A stretch of DNA of 64,000 nt, taken from the NCBI GenBank assembly GCA_010909165.1, contig MU008181.1, forward strand, positions 372,001 through 436,000, given 5' to 3'. This document shows, piece after piece, positions 45,369 through 56,717 of the stretch. The notes beneath the pieces were generated by a model. It searched no databases, was not told the origin of the DNA, and saw only the letters and a program-made list of their open reading frames with translations. Each line of letters starts with the position of its first letter. Positions within the stretch are counted from its first letter, which is position 1. A program made the translations under genes and the position numbers. The DNA comes from Anthoceros angustus. Taxonomy: Eukaryota > Plantae > Anthocerotophyta.

Positions 45369-48300
45369 ATGCCGTCGGGCAAGGCCCGGAAGGCGGCCAA
45401 GGCCAAACCGGGCAAGGTTAAATCCAAGGGCGTGGGAGTCGACTTCAAGGCAAGCATTTCTCTGGCTTGTCAATTTGTCGTCTGCTTTTTGCTGTTTGTT
45501 GATCTCAAGCTGCAACCTTGTGGATTGCAGAAGGTTAAGCACAAGGTGGGACGGAAGCTTCCACCTCCAAAAAATGAGACCAAGCTGGATTTCACCTCAA
45601 AAGGTGAGCTGCTGCTGCTGGTTGTTCACGGAATTGCGTGTCTGGTGAATTTACTGAGCTTTGTCAATTGGGAATGCAGCAATCGTGCTACCTGAACAAA
45701 GCCTGGCACAAAACAAAGATGGCGTTGCTGTCAACCAGCGGAAGCAAACACTGAAGGAGCTACTCTGTCAGAGCACTCACTACAGTGAGAGGGTGCGAAA
45801 AGGTAGTCGTTTTCGTGAGTTGCAGATTGCCGAGATGGAGACGCAGCTCGCTCGTGGGTCTGACTGCGGAGTGTGAAATTGCAGAATCCATAGTTGGAAT
45901 CAGAGATCTCATCTCACGGCACCCGACGGAGCTGGCCTCCCACGCCGTCGCAATTCTGGAAAAGCTGTGTCCCAGAATAACCGATGGAGACAGAGCTGTG
46001 CGACAGGCTTTCCTCGTGCTTCTCCGTTCCGTTGTCTTTCCAGGCTTGTCAGAGGTGATTTCAGTGTCTGGAGGCCCCCTAGATGGTTTGTTATTTAGCG
46101 AGAGGAGTCTGATGTGCGTCGGTTGTGATTTTGCAGGCAAGGATGGCGCCTCTGGTGCCAGTGATGATGGCCCATGTCTGCAGTGCAATGACGCATCTCG
46201 CAATGGATATTCGCTTGACAGCTTTCAGTTTTTTAGATCTGTTAGTGATTCACTACTCCTCGCTTGTGGTCTCCCTCTTCTCGCACCAGGTCAGGTTCTG
46301 AACCACCAAGTTGTAAGTTTTGCAGCATCTTTGGTTCTATGTCCTAGGTTGTCACGTTAGTCAGCTTTGAGATCCTTGCACAAGGACAGTGAGTGATCGT
46401 TTATTCTGTGCCGTGTCTTAGTAGATCACACAGCACTTTGTGGATATTTTGGGGAAAGGAGGTGTGAACAAGCAGTCCACGGATACAGTCCTGAAAATTT
46501 TGGGTAGCTTGGAGCATTTTCTGTCCGCTCTTCAAACGAATGCATCGTCAACACGTTCAGCGAGACCTTTGACCGCAGTACACTGCTGGGGTGAAAAGTA
46601 TGATCTCAACAGCAAGCAGGTCAGTGATCCACATCTAGCTTTTACTTTGTTTGCTCTGGTTGTGCGGAGCCTTAGAATGACCTAAAGCTACTCCATGCGA
46701 ATGGCTTGCAGGTTGATGGTGCTCATCTGTCTGCACTACACAGTTACAGGAGCAGAATTGTACAAGGCACGCCTAAATCAGGTACATGACTTTGGCCTGA
46801 AAGCTTGCCCCAAAGGCTCAGTGTGTCACCTCGACGATGATGTTCATCTAGCAGTGCAGAAAGCATGACATGTTGTTTTGTATCAATCAGGCAGCCTCCT
46901 CCCCAGCCCAAGCCTTGGATCTTCTCTTGCACCAGCATTGCTAGATTGCTGGGCTGAATATGCTCCATCAGTCTGTGCTGGGCCCACACCTGATTCTACC
47001 AATCTGAGCTGTATGGTGTGCGTCACTAGGTGCCTGAAGCTGTTGGTCGACATTGCTTTAAATGCAACCTCACTTTTTGCGAGCCCATCTAGAAATGCTG
47101 CTGGTGAGAGGAGCTTAGTAGCTTCACAGAAAGGGCAGGAACAACATCTGCGGGTGCATGAACAATTGCTACCAGGATTCCTTCATCACTTAATGGCATC
47201 CTTCCCTGTAGCAGCGTCGTCAGTGCAACTGACTCACAAGGTGCGCTCTGCAATTCATTTCCGTATGTTGGTGTGTTGACTTTTCAGAAGCTGTACAGTT
47301 GCTTAAGTACGGGGGTGGGTGTCGATCACCATGCAGGTGGAGGAGGAAGTAGTTGCCTTGAACGTGGGAATTTGTGAAGTTATGATGCGGTTTGTCGCAG
47401 GGTATGGCTCTGCTACAGCAAGGGAACGACTTGCATTCGACTCAGTATTGGAGTACTACCGTGGTGCCCTATTTGGAGAGGTGTTACCCTCATCGGCGCT
47501 GTCGTGTGCTGTTCTAGACAGGAAACTTGCTGAACCACACATGAAGTCTCTTTTGGGATATATGCCAAAATTGGTGCATTGCCTCCCGCAGGACTGGGTG
47601 ACGGAGCTGCTGCAGGTACTGTCTTTTTGTTTGTTGTCATTGTGAGAAGGTGCACTATGCTTATTCTGCATTTTTCAGTTTAGAATCTAAGCTGTGGGGT
47701 CTCAGGCCTTCACCCAAGTCTTCCAAAAGAGCAGAGCTCAATCAACCTTGAAGATAGCTTGCGTTGCTGTCATGGTCAAGATGCTGTTGAAAGTACGATT
47801 TTGCCCCTTAATTTCTTGAGGTGTTGACGTGAATGAAGCAGGAGGTTTTGTGTGGGTGACCTCTCGCTGTCTTCTTCTGAGCTTGTGGCAGCAAGATAAG
47901 GAGGCGTGGTATGCAGATGACACTGAGAAAAGCATTCCTTTGGAAATCCAAAAGCATTGGCTTCAGTCGATACCAAAGCTTCTTTGGGAGCTGAAGCACT
48001 CCCATCCAATGGCTTCCCAGGTGCTGTCCACTTTTCCATTAATAAGTCCTAAATTTTGCATGTGAGTAGTTCAGAGCGTTTGATGCTGCATGTGGACTTT
48101 ATGCAGGCTGTTCTGCAGATGCTTCTTCATATTGGGCAGACTGCTCCTGAGGGATCTGTGTTGTTGGAGGCGTATACAGCTTTGCAGCCGGTGATGGCAC
48201 CTTTCTTCTGTGCTTCCATCACATCCAATAATAGTCCAGGTCTGCCTTTACGTGCATATAGATCTTGTCCTTGATTTCATTGCGTTTTTATGGTTTGGGT

Positions 48301-49914
48301 GCTATGTGCTGAGGACTGATCTGTGCAATGGTTATGATTTCAGTGCGTACAATTTTTGGACCATTTGTGAAGCTTCCAGAGCCCTGCCAGCTGCTCGCAG
48401 TAGATGCCCTTTATTACTACAAGTCTTTCTCTCCACCGTTTCTTAAAGCTATAGCACAATGCTGTCTCAGTAAGTTTCTTTGTGACAGTGCTGCTTTATC
48501 ACAGTCTCTTCAGATGCCACCATTGGCATCTGTGCTTACGTTTACTAGTGCAGGCCTTGATGTCAATGTGACGATCGTCATGCGTGCGGTGGAAGTTCTT
48601 CAAAGATCGTTTTGCAGAGGTGCCATTAGTCTGGCAGATCACTTGAGTTTTCTGGTGACCTTGCTTGTGGGGCACACATCAGACAGAGGTAAGCTTGCTC
48701 ACAGGTTCAATGGAGTTGTTGCAGATTGTGGGAGAGTCACAGCTTGTCTGTGGAACTTGTCATTTGGTGGCAAGTTTGGTCCGGTTGCGCATTCTTTGCA
48801 TCTGTTAGTTTACTTGTGGATTGCTAAACAATATGCTCAATGATCACCTGGCTTGATTACAGATCGAACGGATATAGAGAAGGGTGTTCCCAGAGGTCAT
48901 GATCTTGCAACTGTGCAGCTGACAGGAAACTATGCAGAGAGGAGGCAATGCCTAATCGGAGGGGTTATTTGTGCTTGTTTAAAGCAACTGGGGGATGATA
49001 ACCTAATTCTGCTGCTGCTCGGCCCAATATTGCGTCAAGAACTTGTATGCCTTCAGTGCACCTCTGAAGCTTGAACCTGACGGTCGGAATATCTTCACTG
49101 TGCTGGTTAACATGGTCTAGGTACTTGGTATGCAGGAAGCGGCACCACCGTTGGATGTTGTGCATGGCCTTCTAAGGACAATCGGCGTGCTGAGCCATGG
49201 TGGTAACAGGCTACCACCAGTATTAGCCGACGTGCTTCCAACACACGTTTCCAACTTCACCAAAAGCGTATTTGAGGTAGATGACACCTGAATTATGCCT
49301 TATGCGTGGATGTTAGGCTTGACGAATGTTTGCTTGATCAATTCCATGTTTTGGAAACAGGTTGATGGCGGGGATGGAGTCATGGACTTCCTCTTTCGTC
49401 CATGTGTGGTGTTGCTATCTAAAAACTCCGGTCTAGCTCAAGGGGTGCTGGAGAAGTTTTTTTCTTCGTTGAAGGAAGGTGCGTCACATTATCTTTCGGC
49501 ATGTAGGTTTTGTCGAAAATCTCTTCGTCGTCCTTCTACAGCATATTTGCCCTATTTCCGCTTGTGCAGCGTCGGGATCATCAAATTTTGTGAGGTTGTC
49601 GACAAGGGTTCTCCACGCTACAGTAAGGTTTCTGAAGGAGGAAAAGCTAGCTAGTAGTTTTTCTGTGTGCGAGTCCACGGTGAAGGCTGTTCTGCACTTG
49701 TTCAAGGTACTCATGGGGAGAGCAATTCTCTGCTGCCGGCTTGATGAATTGGGTGTGCTTCTTACAGTCTCTGCGCTTCCTTGTGCAGGAAAGTAATAAG
49801 TCTGCTTCAAACGAGCAAGTCCCACAAGCAAATAAATTATATCTGCAGCTTGAGAATGTAGCTAGTAGACTATACGGTTGGAAGCCTGAAGAGGTGTATG
49901 TCACTGTACAGTAA
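45369..49914 (+). CDS. IPI1: TEX10/IPI1 (Rix1 complex) ARM-repeat pre-60S biogenesis protein, multi-exon
   Basis: MPSGK...GVDFK|KVKHKVGRKLPPPKNET...AIVLPEQSL...TLKELL.Q..HYS.RVRK, LEKLCPRITDGDRAVRQ; C-terminal exon ends YVTVQ* at 49914. Confidence 0.88.
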
Positions 49915-50025
49915 TGAGGAGGGTACCCTCCTGTATGAGTAGTTTACATGTCCTCAGTGGGTGGGACTTCCCCACCCGCGGGACAAAAGAATCTGTACCT
50001 GATTATGAGCGCACACGGCTATCAC

Positions 50026-51069
50026 CTACCTCAGTTCCTGACCTTGCCCATAGAATGTCCAGAGGCTGTGATCGTCGCCGACAAACCTCCAGTGCCACGG
50101 CTCATACGCTATCCCTTGCGAGTTGTCAGCGGGGAAGGACATCTCGAAGTGAAATCTACCAGCATGCCTTTCCAACCACGCGAAGGCGGTTGTCTGCTGG
50201 AATTCGAACTCCACGTCGGCGGAAGGGCAATCCCGATCCCCGATATCCAGAGCATAGCCAGTGTGGTGCTCGCTGAAGCCAGGCGGAGCAGACACCCTGG
50301 CCCTCTCGCTGGCTCTTTGCACTCTGGCCGCCTTCACATCGTAGAACAACGTCTGCTGCTGCTGGACAGACCGAAACCCCGAGATAGGCACAAGTCTGAC
50401 CCCGTCCCGGTACGCCGCCTCCTGCATGAGGAAAAAGGCCTTAGCAGCCGACCTCCGCATCCTGACGCTCCCGTCAGCCAGCACGGGCACCAGCTCGCTC
50501 TCGGGAGCCTCCGCCATTCTCCGGTGCCCTAGTAACCTCTCCAGCCGCGACTCCGTTTGCACCTGCACCGCAGGCTGCAGCACACTAGCCGCCACCGTCC
50601 CGGCGTCCGCCGACCTCATGCTCCCCGACTTCAAGGAAACCGCCATAGCCAGAGCTGCCACAGCATAGATGGCGCCTCCCATCCATGGCGGAGCGGCCAC
50701 CCGGCGCCTGGCGTCCTTGAGCAGAGCCGACGGCTGCCTTACGGCCTGCGGCTTCTCGGGCGGATGGTCCGAGCTCTGGTCTGGCACAGCGGCAGGCCAT
50801 GTGAGAAGCTCGATCTTTTGCTCGATCTGCTCCAAGGTTCCCGCCGCCTCCGGCACCACCTTGGCTCTCTCCCGCAGGCTCTTGAGACGTTGCTCCAGAT
50901 GCTCCACGCTTGGGGCTTGGATGCGTCGCCTCGGGTGCTGGTGGCCTCGCCCGCTCGTCACCCTGAGCTTGAATTCAGATGCCGGTTTCCTTCTTGGAGG
51001 CGGTTGCCTGCGCAGCTGAATCGCGCATCCATGGCAGTGCTGTTGGTAGAACACGACACATTGCTGCAT
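50026..51069 (-). CDS. VanY-like D-Ala-D-Ala carboxypeptidase (peptidase M15B), cyanobacterial type, with transit-peptide-like N-terminus, coiled coil and one TM helix; no intron in the coding region
   Basis: SGFRS...QQ.LF, SAPPGFSEHHTGYALDIGD (SxHxxGxAxD), AFAWL..HA.RFHFEMSFP..N.QGIAYEPWHWRF (ExxH); LLGH...EAP..ELV lead-in; hydrophobic MGGAIYAVAALAMAVSL. First in-frame ATG is at 51069. Confidence 0.92.
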   Translation of the reverse strand: MQQCVVFYQQHCHGCAIQLRRQPPPRRKPASEFKLRVTSGRGHQHPRRRIQAPSVEHLEQRLKSLRERAKVVPEAAGTLEQIEQKIELLTWPAAVPDQSSDHPPEKPQAVRQPSALLKDARRRVAAPPWMGGAIYAVAALAMAVSLKSGSMRSADAGTVAASVLQPAVQVQTESRLERLLGHRRMAEAPESELVPVLADGSVRMRRSAAKAFFLMQEAAYRDGVRLVPISGFRSVQQQQTLFYDVKAARVQRASERARVSAPPGFSEHHTGYALDIGDRDCPSADVEFEFQQTTAFAWLERHAGRFHFEMSFPADNSQGIAYEPWHWRFVGDDHSLWTFYGQGQELR

Positions 51070-51396
51070 GATGCTCCCAGTAAAGAGTGCACGAACCACC
51101 TGCAGAGTCAGGAGCAGACGCGTTACAGCTCACGGCTTCATATCCACTCACAACTCTCACATCGCGAAGTGCAACGGAGAGCCACCGATGGTGTATGTAC
51201 GCCGACGGTTTCCCTCTTACAATACACGTCACTTCACAGCTACCCTGTGTATCTATGTAAATGGCCAGACTTCCGGTCATCCCGTGTACCAGGCGTAAAC
51301 CAGCCTCAAATCTTCCAAAATTGACAATGCCTCTAAGGTTCAGTTGGTGCCAAAACAGTCTAGGTCAAAGCGTACATCTTCACCTCCACTCCTAAC

Positions 51397-54300
51397 CTAG
51401 TTCGACGGTGACCACGTGCCAGCTGCTGGGTTGGCTACAGACGGATCACGCTGGAAAAGGTACAGGTATCCCAGATCTCGAGGAGGGTCTCCGGACACCG
51501 CCACTTTGGAGTCGTTGAATAGGACCCAACGTCCATCCTTCTTCACATGTGCCACGTAATGTCCACTGTGGACGGAACTTCCCATATGACTCACAAAAGC
51601 AAGAAGTTGGTACTCTGCACATTTTCGCCATTCCAGAACAGCTCAGCTCGTCATGCAATAGGTGAAGAAATACCAACACCAGCACTAGAGACGGGAAAAG
51701 AAGTGGGCACTCACTTCCCGGCCCATCTGGTAACCCTTGATCAACTGCCGGCGCATCAGCAGCAGAGGAGCTATCCACTTCCATCGCAATTGCGTCTGGG
51801 GGCTGGCTGAATATCCATTCAGTAGCCCTCTCCACGTCTCCACCCTGCACGCCAGACACGAGCATTCTAACAGATGAAAACGCTGAGGGCAAAAATGACA
51901 AAATACTCGTGGCCAATGATGAGTACCGTTGCTCTCAGTGCTCTAATAGCAACATCTGGTTCGAACCCAAAGGAGATTAGGGTATCCACATGGCGCTGAT
52001 CCACGGGTGCCTCCCTTGACCGACCAGGTTGACTACCTCCTCGAATAGGTTCATCAATATCTGTGAAGCACATCAACAAGAGCAACAACATGCGTTCACT
52101 CACAATATTTTTGAAGCACGGGTGGTTTCTACTCCCACTTTGACTCGGCTTCTAGCGTACCTGGATCATCCATGTGAGCGAGCAGCCAAGTCATTGCTTC
52201 CTCTACACCTCTGTTGGATGTATTGATTGCAGACTTCTCACAGTGAACCCTGGGGAATCCCATAACCACTAGGTGCTCAACAATAGACTCGTCTGCAACT
52301 GGCCCTGCTGGCTCAGGATTTTCTGTCAGGAAACCGAGGGAACGTAAGAAAAACAAGAGGAAGTGACCACGGAACAATCATTTATGCAGCTGTACCATGA
52401 CTCAGGTGAAAGCAGAGGTAGGGGCCCAGTAACGACCTCCAGTTTCGGGCAGAAGCTCCTCCCCTGGTTGAAAACCCCAGCTACGCATGTAGCTGATGTC
52501 AATTTCATCAGGCACGTCTATAAACACATCTGAAAGCAAGTTCTACTTGTCAGTCCGTTGTTTCATGATGACAAACATGACCAACACATGAACAATAATC
52601 TTGATTGAAGTTACCCAGCTTCCTCGGCACCCAGCCATCATCGAGAACAAACTTCCGCATGTGCAGAAGAAGATAATCAGGAAACGTTGCCAAACCGGCT
52701 GTCCTGCACGAACCAACACCGATAGTTGTAACCAAATATGCCTCTCAACAGGATATTCTGTCTGAAATGGTCAAGAAAAGAGCTGTACTTTAGAGCAGTT
52801 GTCTTTGCATTGATGGCAGTACTATGGAAATCCTGCACCTCTTCAGGCGCAGAGAAGCTGCGCAGGCACTCGTATAATGGCACTCTTGGACGAACTATCT
52901 CCTCATCGGTCCTGAAGAACAACCACTCGAAGATAAGACTATGGGGAGAAACCACTTAGCTACTGAAATGAGGAAATGCTTGAAAAACCATCAGGGTAGC
53001 TAGCCTTACAATTTCTCTCCTACCAAGGATTTCTCTGCTTTCTTCTTCTCATATGCAGCCACCTCTTCTGTACAGCCCAATCGTTCAAGAACACATTTTG
53101 CACATTAGAATGCATCTCATGCTTACTTAGGAACCTGAGGGACGTCCATAGAAAGGTACCACAACTTTTGCTACCTTTATTCACAGCAGCATGGAGTGGA
53201 ATGCTCAACGACAAGACATTGTCCGTCTTTTTTGTATAGTTCACTTTCCCAGACACAGAGCACTGTATTCTATCTTCCACCACAAACTTGAAAGCTCGAG
53301 AAGGATCCTCTTGCGGATTTGTCTTAAAATTCTCTTCAACCTGTTGAATAAGATGCTGGAAAAACTCCAAAGCATCCTAATACATGCCAGATCACAGTCA
53401 GCTTCCTGACAAACGACAAATGGGTTCAAAAGTTTAAAAGCATGTCCTGAAGTACCTGTTGCCGGGAAGTTGCAAATTCTGGGTGTCCAGCCCCAATCAG
53501 AGCCTTGAACATGCGGGGTGGAATACCAGCTTGAACCTGAACAATTCAGATCCAGTAAATTTGGATTACTTATGAGAGGATTGTATGTCAACAATATATC
53601 TAATCTGAAAATGTATGTGAAAGCCTGGACAACCAGTGTCTCTTTATCATCGTCCACTTCTTCCTTATCCATTTCCTGCAATCAACCGAATGTGCAACCC
53701 GCAGTGTGAGTGCAGTTACAAAACACAAAAAAATCAGCACTAAAGATTTGCATACCAAACAAAGCTGGAAAGGAAGAGTACTAACAATGACTGATGGCTT
53801 CGTGACAGGGAATGAGTATCGACCAGACAGAATCCCATGTGCTAGCTTCGCCCTGCATAATAAGGACACAAGCACCTGAGTGACGAACGAGCCTAAGGGA
53901 AATCTATTTCAAATAGCACAAAGCCAAACATATCAAAAGGTTCTCTTACAGCTGAGTGTTTAAATCTAAAGTTGGATCAGCAGGAGCTCTCCTGAATGCA
54001 TCGTCCAAATCGAGTCTGTCATAGTATCTGCAACAAATACTAGCATTAGAACATAGCAAAATTGGACAATAGTCTAAAGAGCTCTTGACACAGACAGCAC
54101 GAGTCCAAGGTAAGAGGATAGCAGAAGCTCACTGCTGCTGAAAGCTCTTTGTGGAGAACACAGCTTGTACAACTGATGCAAGGTAGCAACTACAATCAAC
54201 ATGGCAACCCCAACCCTTGATTAGGCATTTACGTGATCCCCCAGACAATGATGCAGAACAAGCGAAAATGGACAAACAAGCCACCTGTTCCCAAGGTTTG

Positions 54301-55816
54301 CCAGCCCTGTGTAGCCCGGACCAAACAAAGGCTCAAGCTCCTTTCCTTTCTCTTGGATGCGATTCCAGTCAAAGTTGACATTCTGGTCAAGTTCTCTCTC
54401 AGCAGTAGTCATCTCTGTCTGCAATTGTACAGGTCACTCAGCACCAGACCGCGCTGAACCAGGCATAAGTGTAAGGCGCGGGAGGCTTGTGAGTTAAGTT
54501 CACCTTAGTCAGTGAGGAGAAATCAATTCCAAAATGAGATAGATGTTGTGCCAACAGAGGGTCCTCAACTGCCGCATCTTCTGGGTATGAGTACACATCT
54601 ACACAAACAGGGGAGCCACAGAGACAACTAGCATCAGCAAAGAATCCAACATGCTCCAGTTGGAGAACCAGACAAAAGGGTGTCATGGGAACTTTGCCGT
54701 GTGGATTACCAGCTGCATCAAGATCGGCTGTGATGGTACCGAGTTTCACAGCAAGAGGGTGCCCAGTTGCACCGTAGTGCTCAACAGCATGATCATTACC
54801 ACCTGTCCCATCCCAGTTCCGCCTCCCACATAATATTGTGCCATCAGTGAGGTTCAGCCACAGATTTTCCTTCTTATCACACAGGCTGCACTTCCAACCG
54901 TGCGGAGGAACCTTGACACCATTGTCCAACTGCTGCAGTTCCCTTGCGTAGATACTTTCTTTCTTCTTGTCAGCAGTCCAGGCCGCCAAGTCCTCTTTAT
55001 GCTCAGCACCCATAGCTGCAAGCACTCCATCTACACAGAGTCTGACCTGACATCATGAAAGTCTGCATCACATTTGTACTCAAACAGACTAGAACCTCCT
55101 ACCACAAAGTTACATGAATTTCTCGTGTCCTTAATTCATGCTAAACCGATGAATAAATAGAGATCCTACCTTTTCGGGAAGCTCCACGTTAGGAAAAGGA
55201 AGGTACACGAAATCCGGCAGGATGACTATGGAGTATGACTGTTCATACTCCGGCCCTTTCACATCAAAACCTCCTTCAACACCTGAATGCCACGCCATCT
55301 CCACAACTTCCTAGTCAGCCGTGCTCTGCCATCGGAACCAGCCGAATACATGCATATCACTTAAATTGCAGACAAGACGTACCAATTCCCAACCGAGAAG
55401 GCTTCTTGTGTGCTCCGTCTTCCCGAGGAGGTTTAACGGTTTCCACAATGTTCAAATAGACAGGGTTGCCTGTCTTAGCGTAGTTCAACAGCACATGGTC
55501 GCGTCCAAAAGCTAGGAAGGAATTGAGATCCACGAAGAGGCCACCCTCCGACCTCTGATAATCGCATGCAAATTAAACGACCCTCCACACAGTCACAAAA
55601 CCCGTACACTCTGAATGCGCAACGAGCTCCGCCAAAGTGCAAAGAACTGGGTCCGCGGGACGCAATTGTTCCCAAACCGGCCCGTCAGCCACGCCGAAAT
55701 CGGTAGGGTTCAGAACTCACCGGCGTATCAAAGGAAATACAACACTCCTCCTTGTAAATCCGGTTCGACGGCTCTGGAATGCGCACCCTACTCAAATGGC
55801 TTCTCAGCAGCTCCAT
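51397..55816 (-). CDS. UBP14: ubiquitin carboxyl-terminal hydrolase 14 (USP5/isopeptidase T family), multi-exon
   Basis: MELLRSHLSRVRIPEPSNRIYKEECCISFDTP; ZnF-UBP (CDKKENLWLNLTDG...CGR); Cys box GYTGLANLGN|SCYLAS; two UBA domains; His box HMGSSVHSGHYVAH...FNDSKV. Confidence 0.96.
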
Positions 55817-56717
55817 CGCTGCTCGCAAATTACCACCACCGACACTGAATCAGCCTTCCTCACCAAACACGCCGCAGCAGCTCTGATCCAGACGCTGCAG
55901 GTACGAGCTCCCACTCCCGCCTTCCAGACTTCAATTCCACTCCAAACTGCAATTCGCTGCTCTACCGTGCGCAGGCACTACAAAATGCTCCACATTCTGC
56001 GGCAGAGGCAAGCAGCGCCAAATCAGCGAATTCCGACACGCCTTCCCGAACAAGATCCGTGCAGCAACCACAAATTGCAACCAGCGAGCTCAATGCAGCA
56101 GAAACACGGCCAGCGAGCTCCACGCTTGTGCGCCTCTTCGAGCATTACCGGGCCACACATGCTGAATGCCACGCGAGGCGCATGTATTGCGGGCGTCGGC
56201 GGGAGAACAGGAAGCGACACGGGCGTCCGCCAGGTTAGGACTCCCACACGCCCGTCATCGCGAGCGCTCTCGCTGTTGATTTCTGGACACGCCCGCACAG
56301 AGGGCGTGAAACGGATTTCCAATCCCGCTCCGTTACTTTGAACGGGATCCGTGCAATGTACCTGGCCCAACAACCCGGTGCCCTAGCCCGGGGCCCGGCC
56401 TTTCTTCATGACTTGGCTGCTAGGGCACAGTAAATATAAACCTCCTGGAGTTCCTATTCCTCTGGTTCCAGGACATGACGCAGAAATCGGCCGGGCTGGA
56501 GTCCCGTCCAGTCCAGACCATACCCGGTCCGGGACCCGGGCGCCAGGAACTAAGCCCTAGAAACGCAAGAGGCTATGGTAATGCGCGTTCATATTTATGG
56601 GAGCTGGAGGCTTACAGGAAATTGGGGAGGCCTGGTGTAAGACAGTAAGGGCTGGTGTAATTCTCGGTTTAGGATTTTGGTAAAGAAATTTGTGCGAGGG
56701 GCGAGCTGGGCAGGGCT

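Noticed and set aside
50026-51099. Bacterial contamination as the source of the VanY-like gene
   Set aside because: It sits between two intron-rich plant genes with a eukaryote-type N-terminal extension and an upstream splice acceptor; no operon context.
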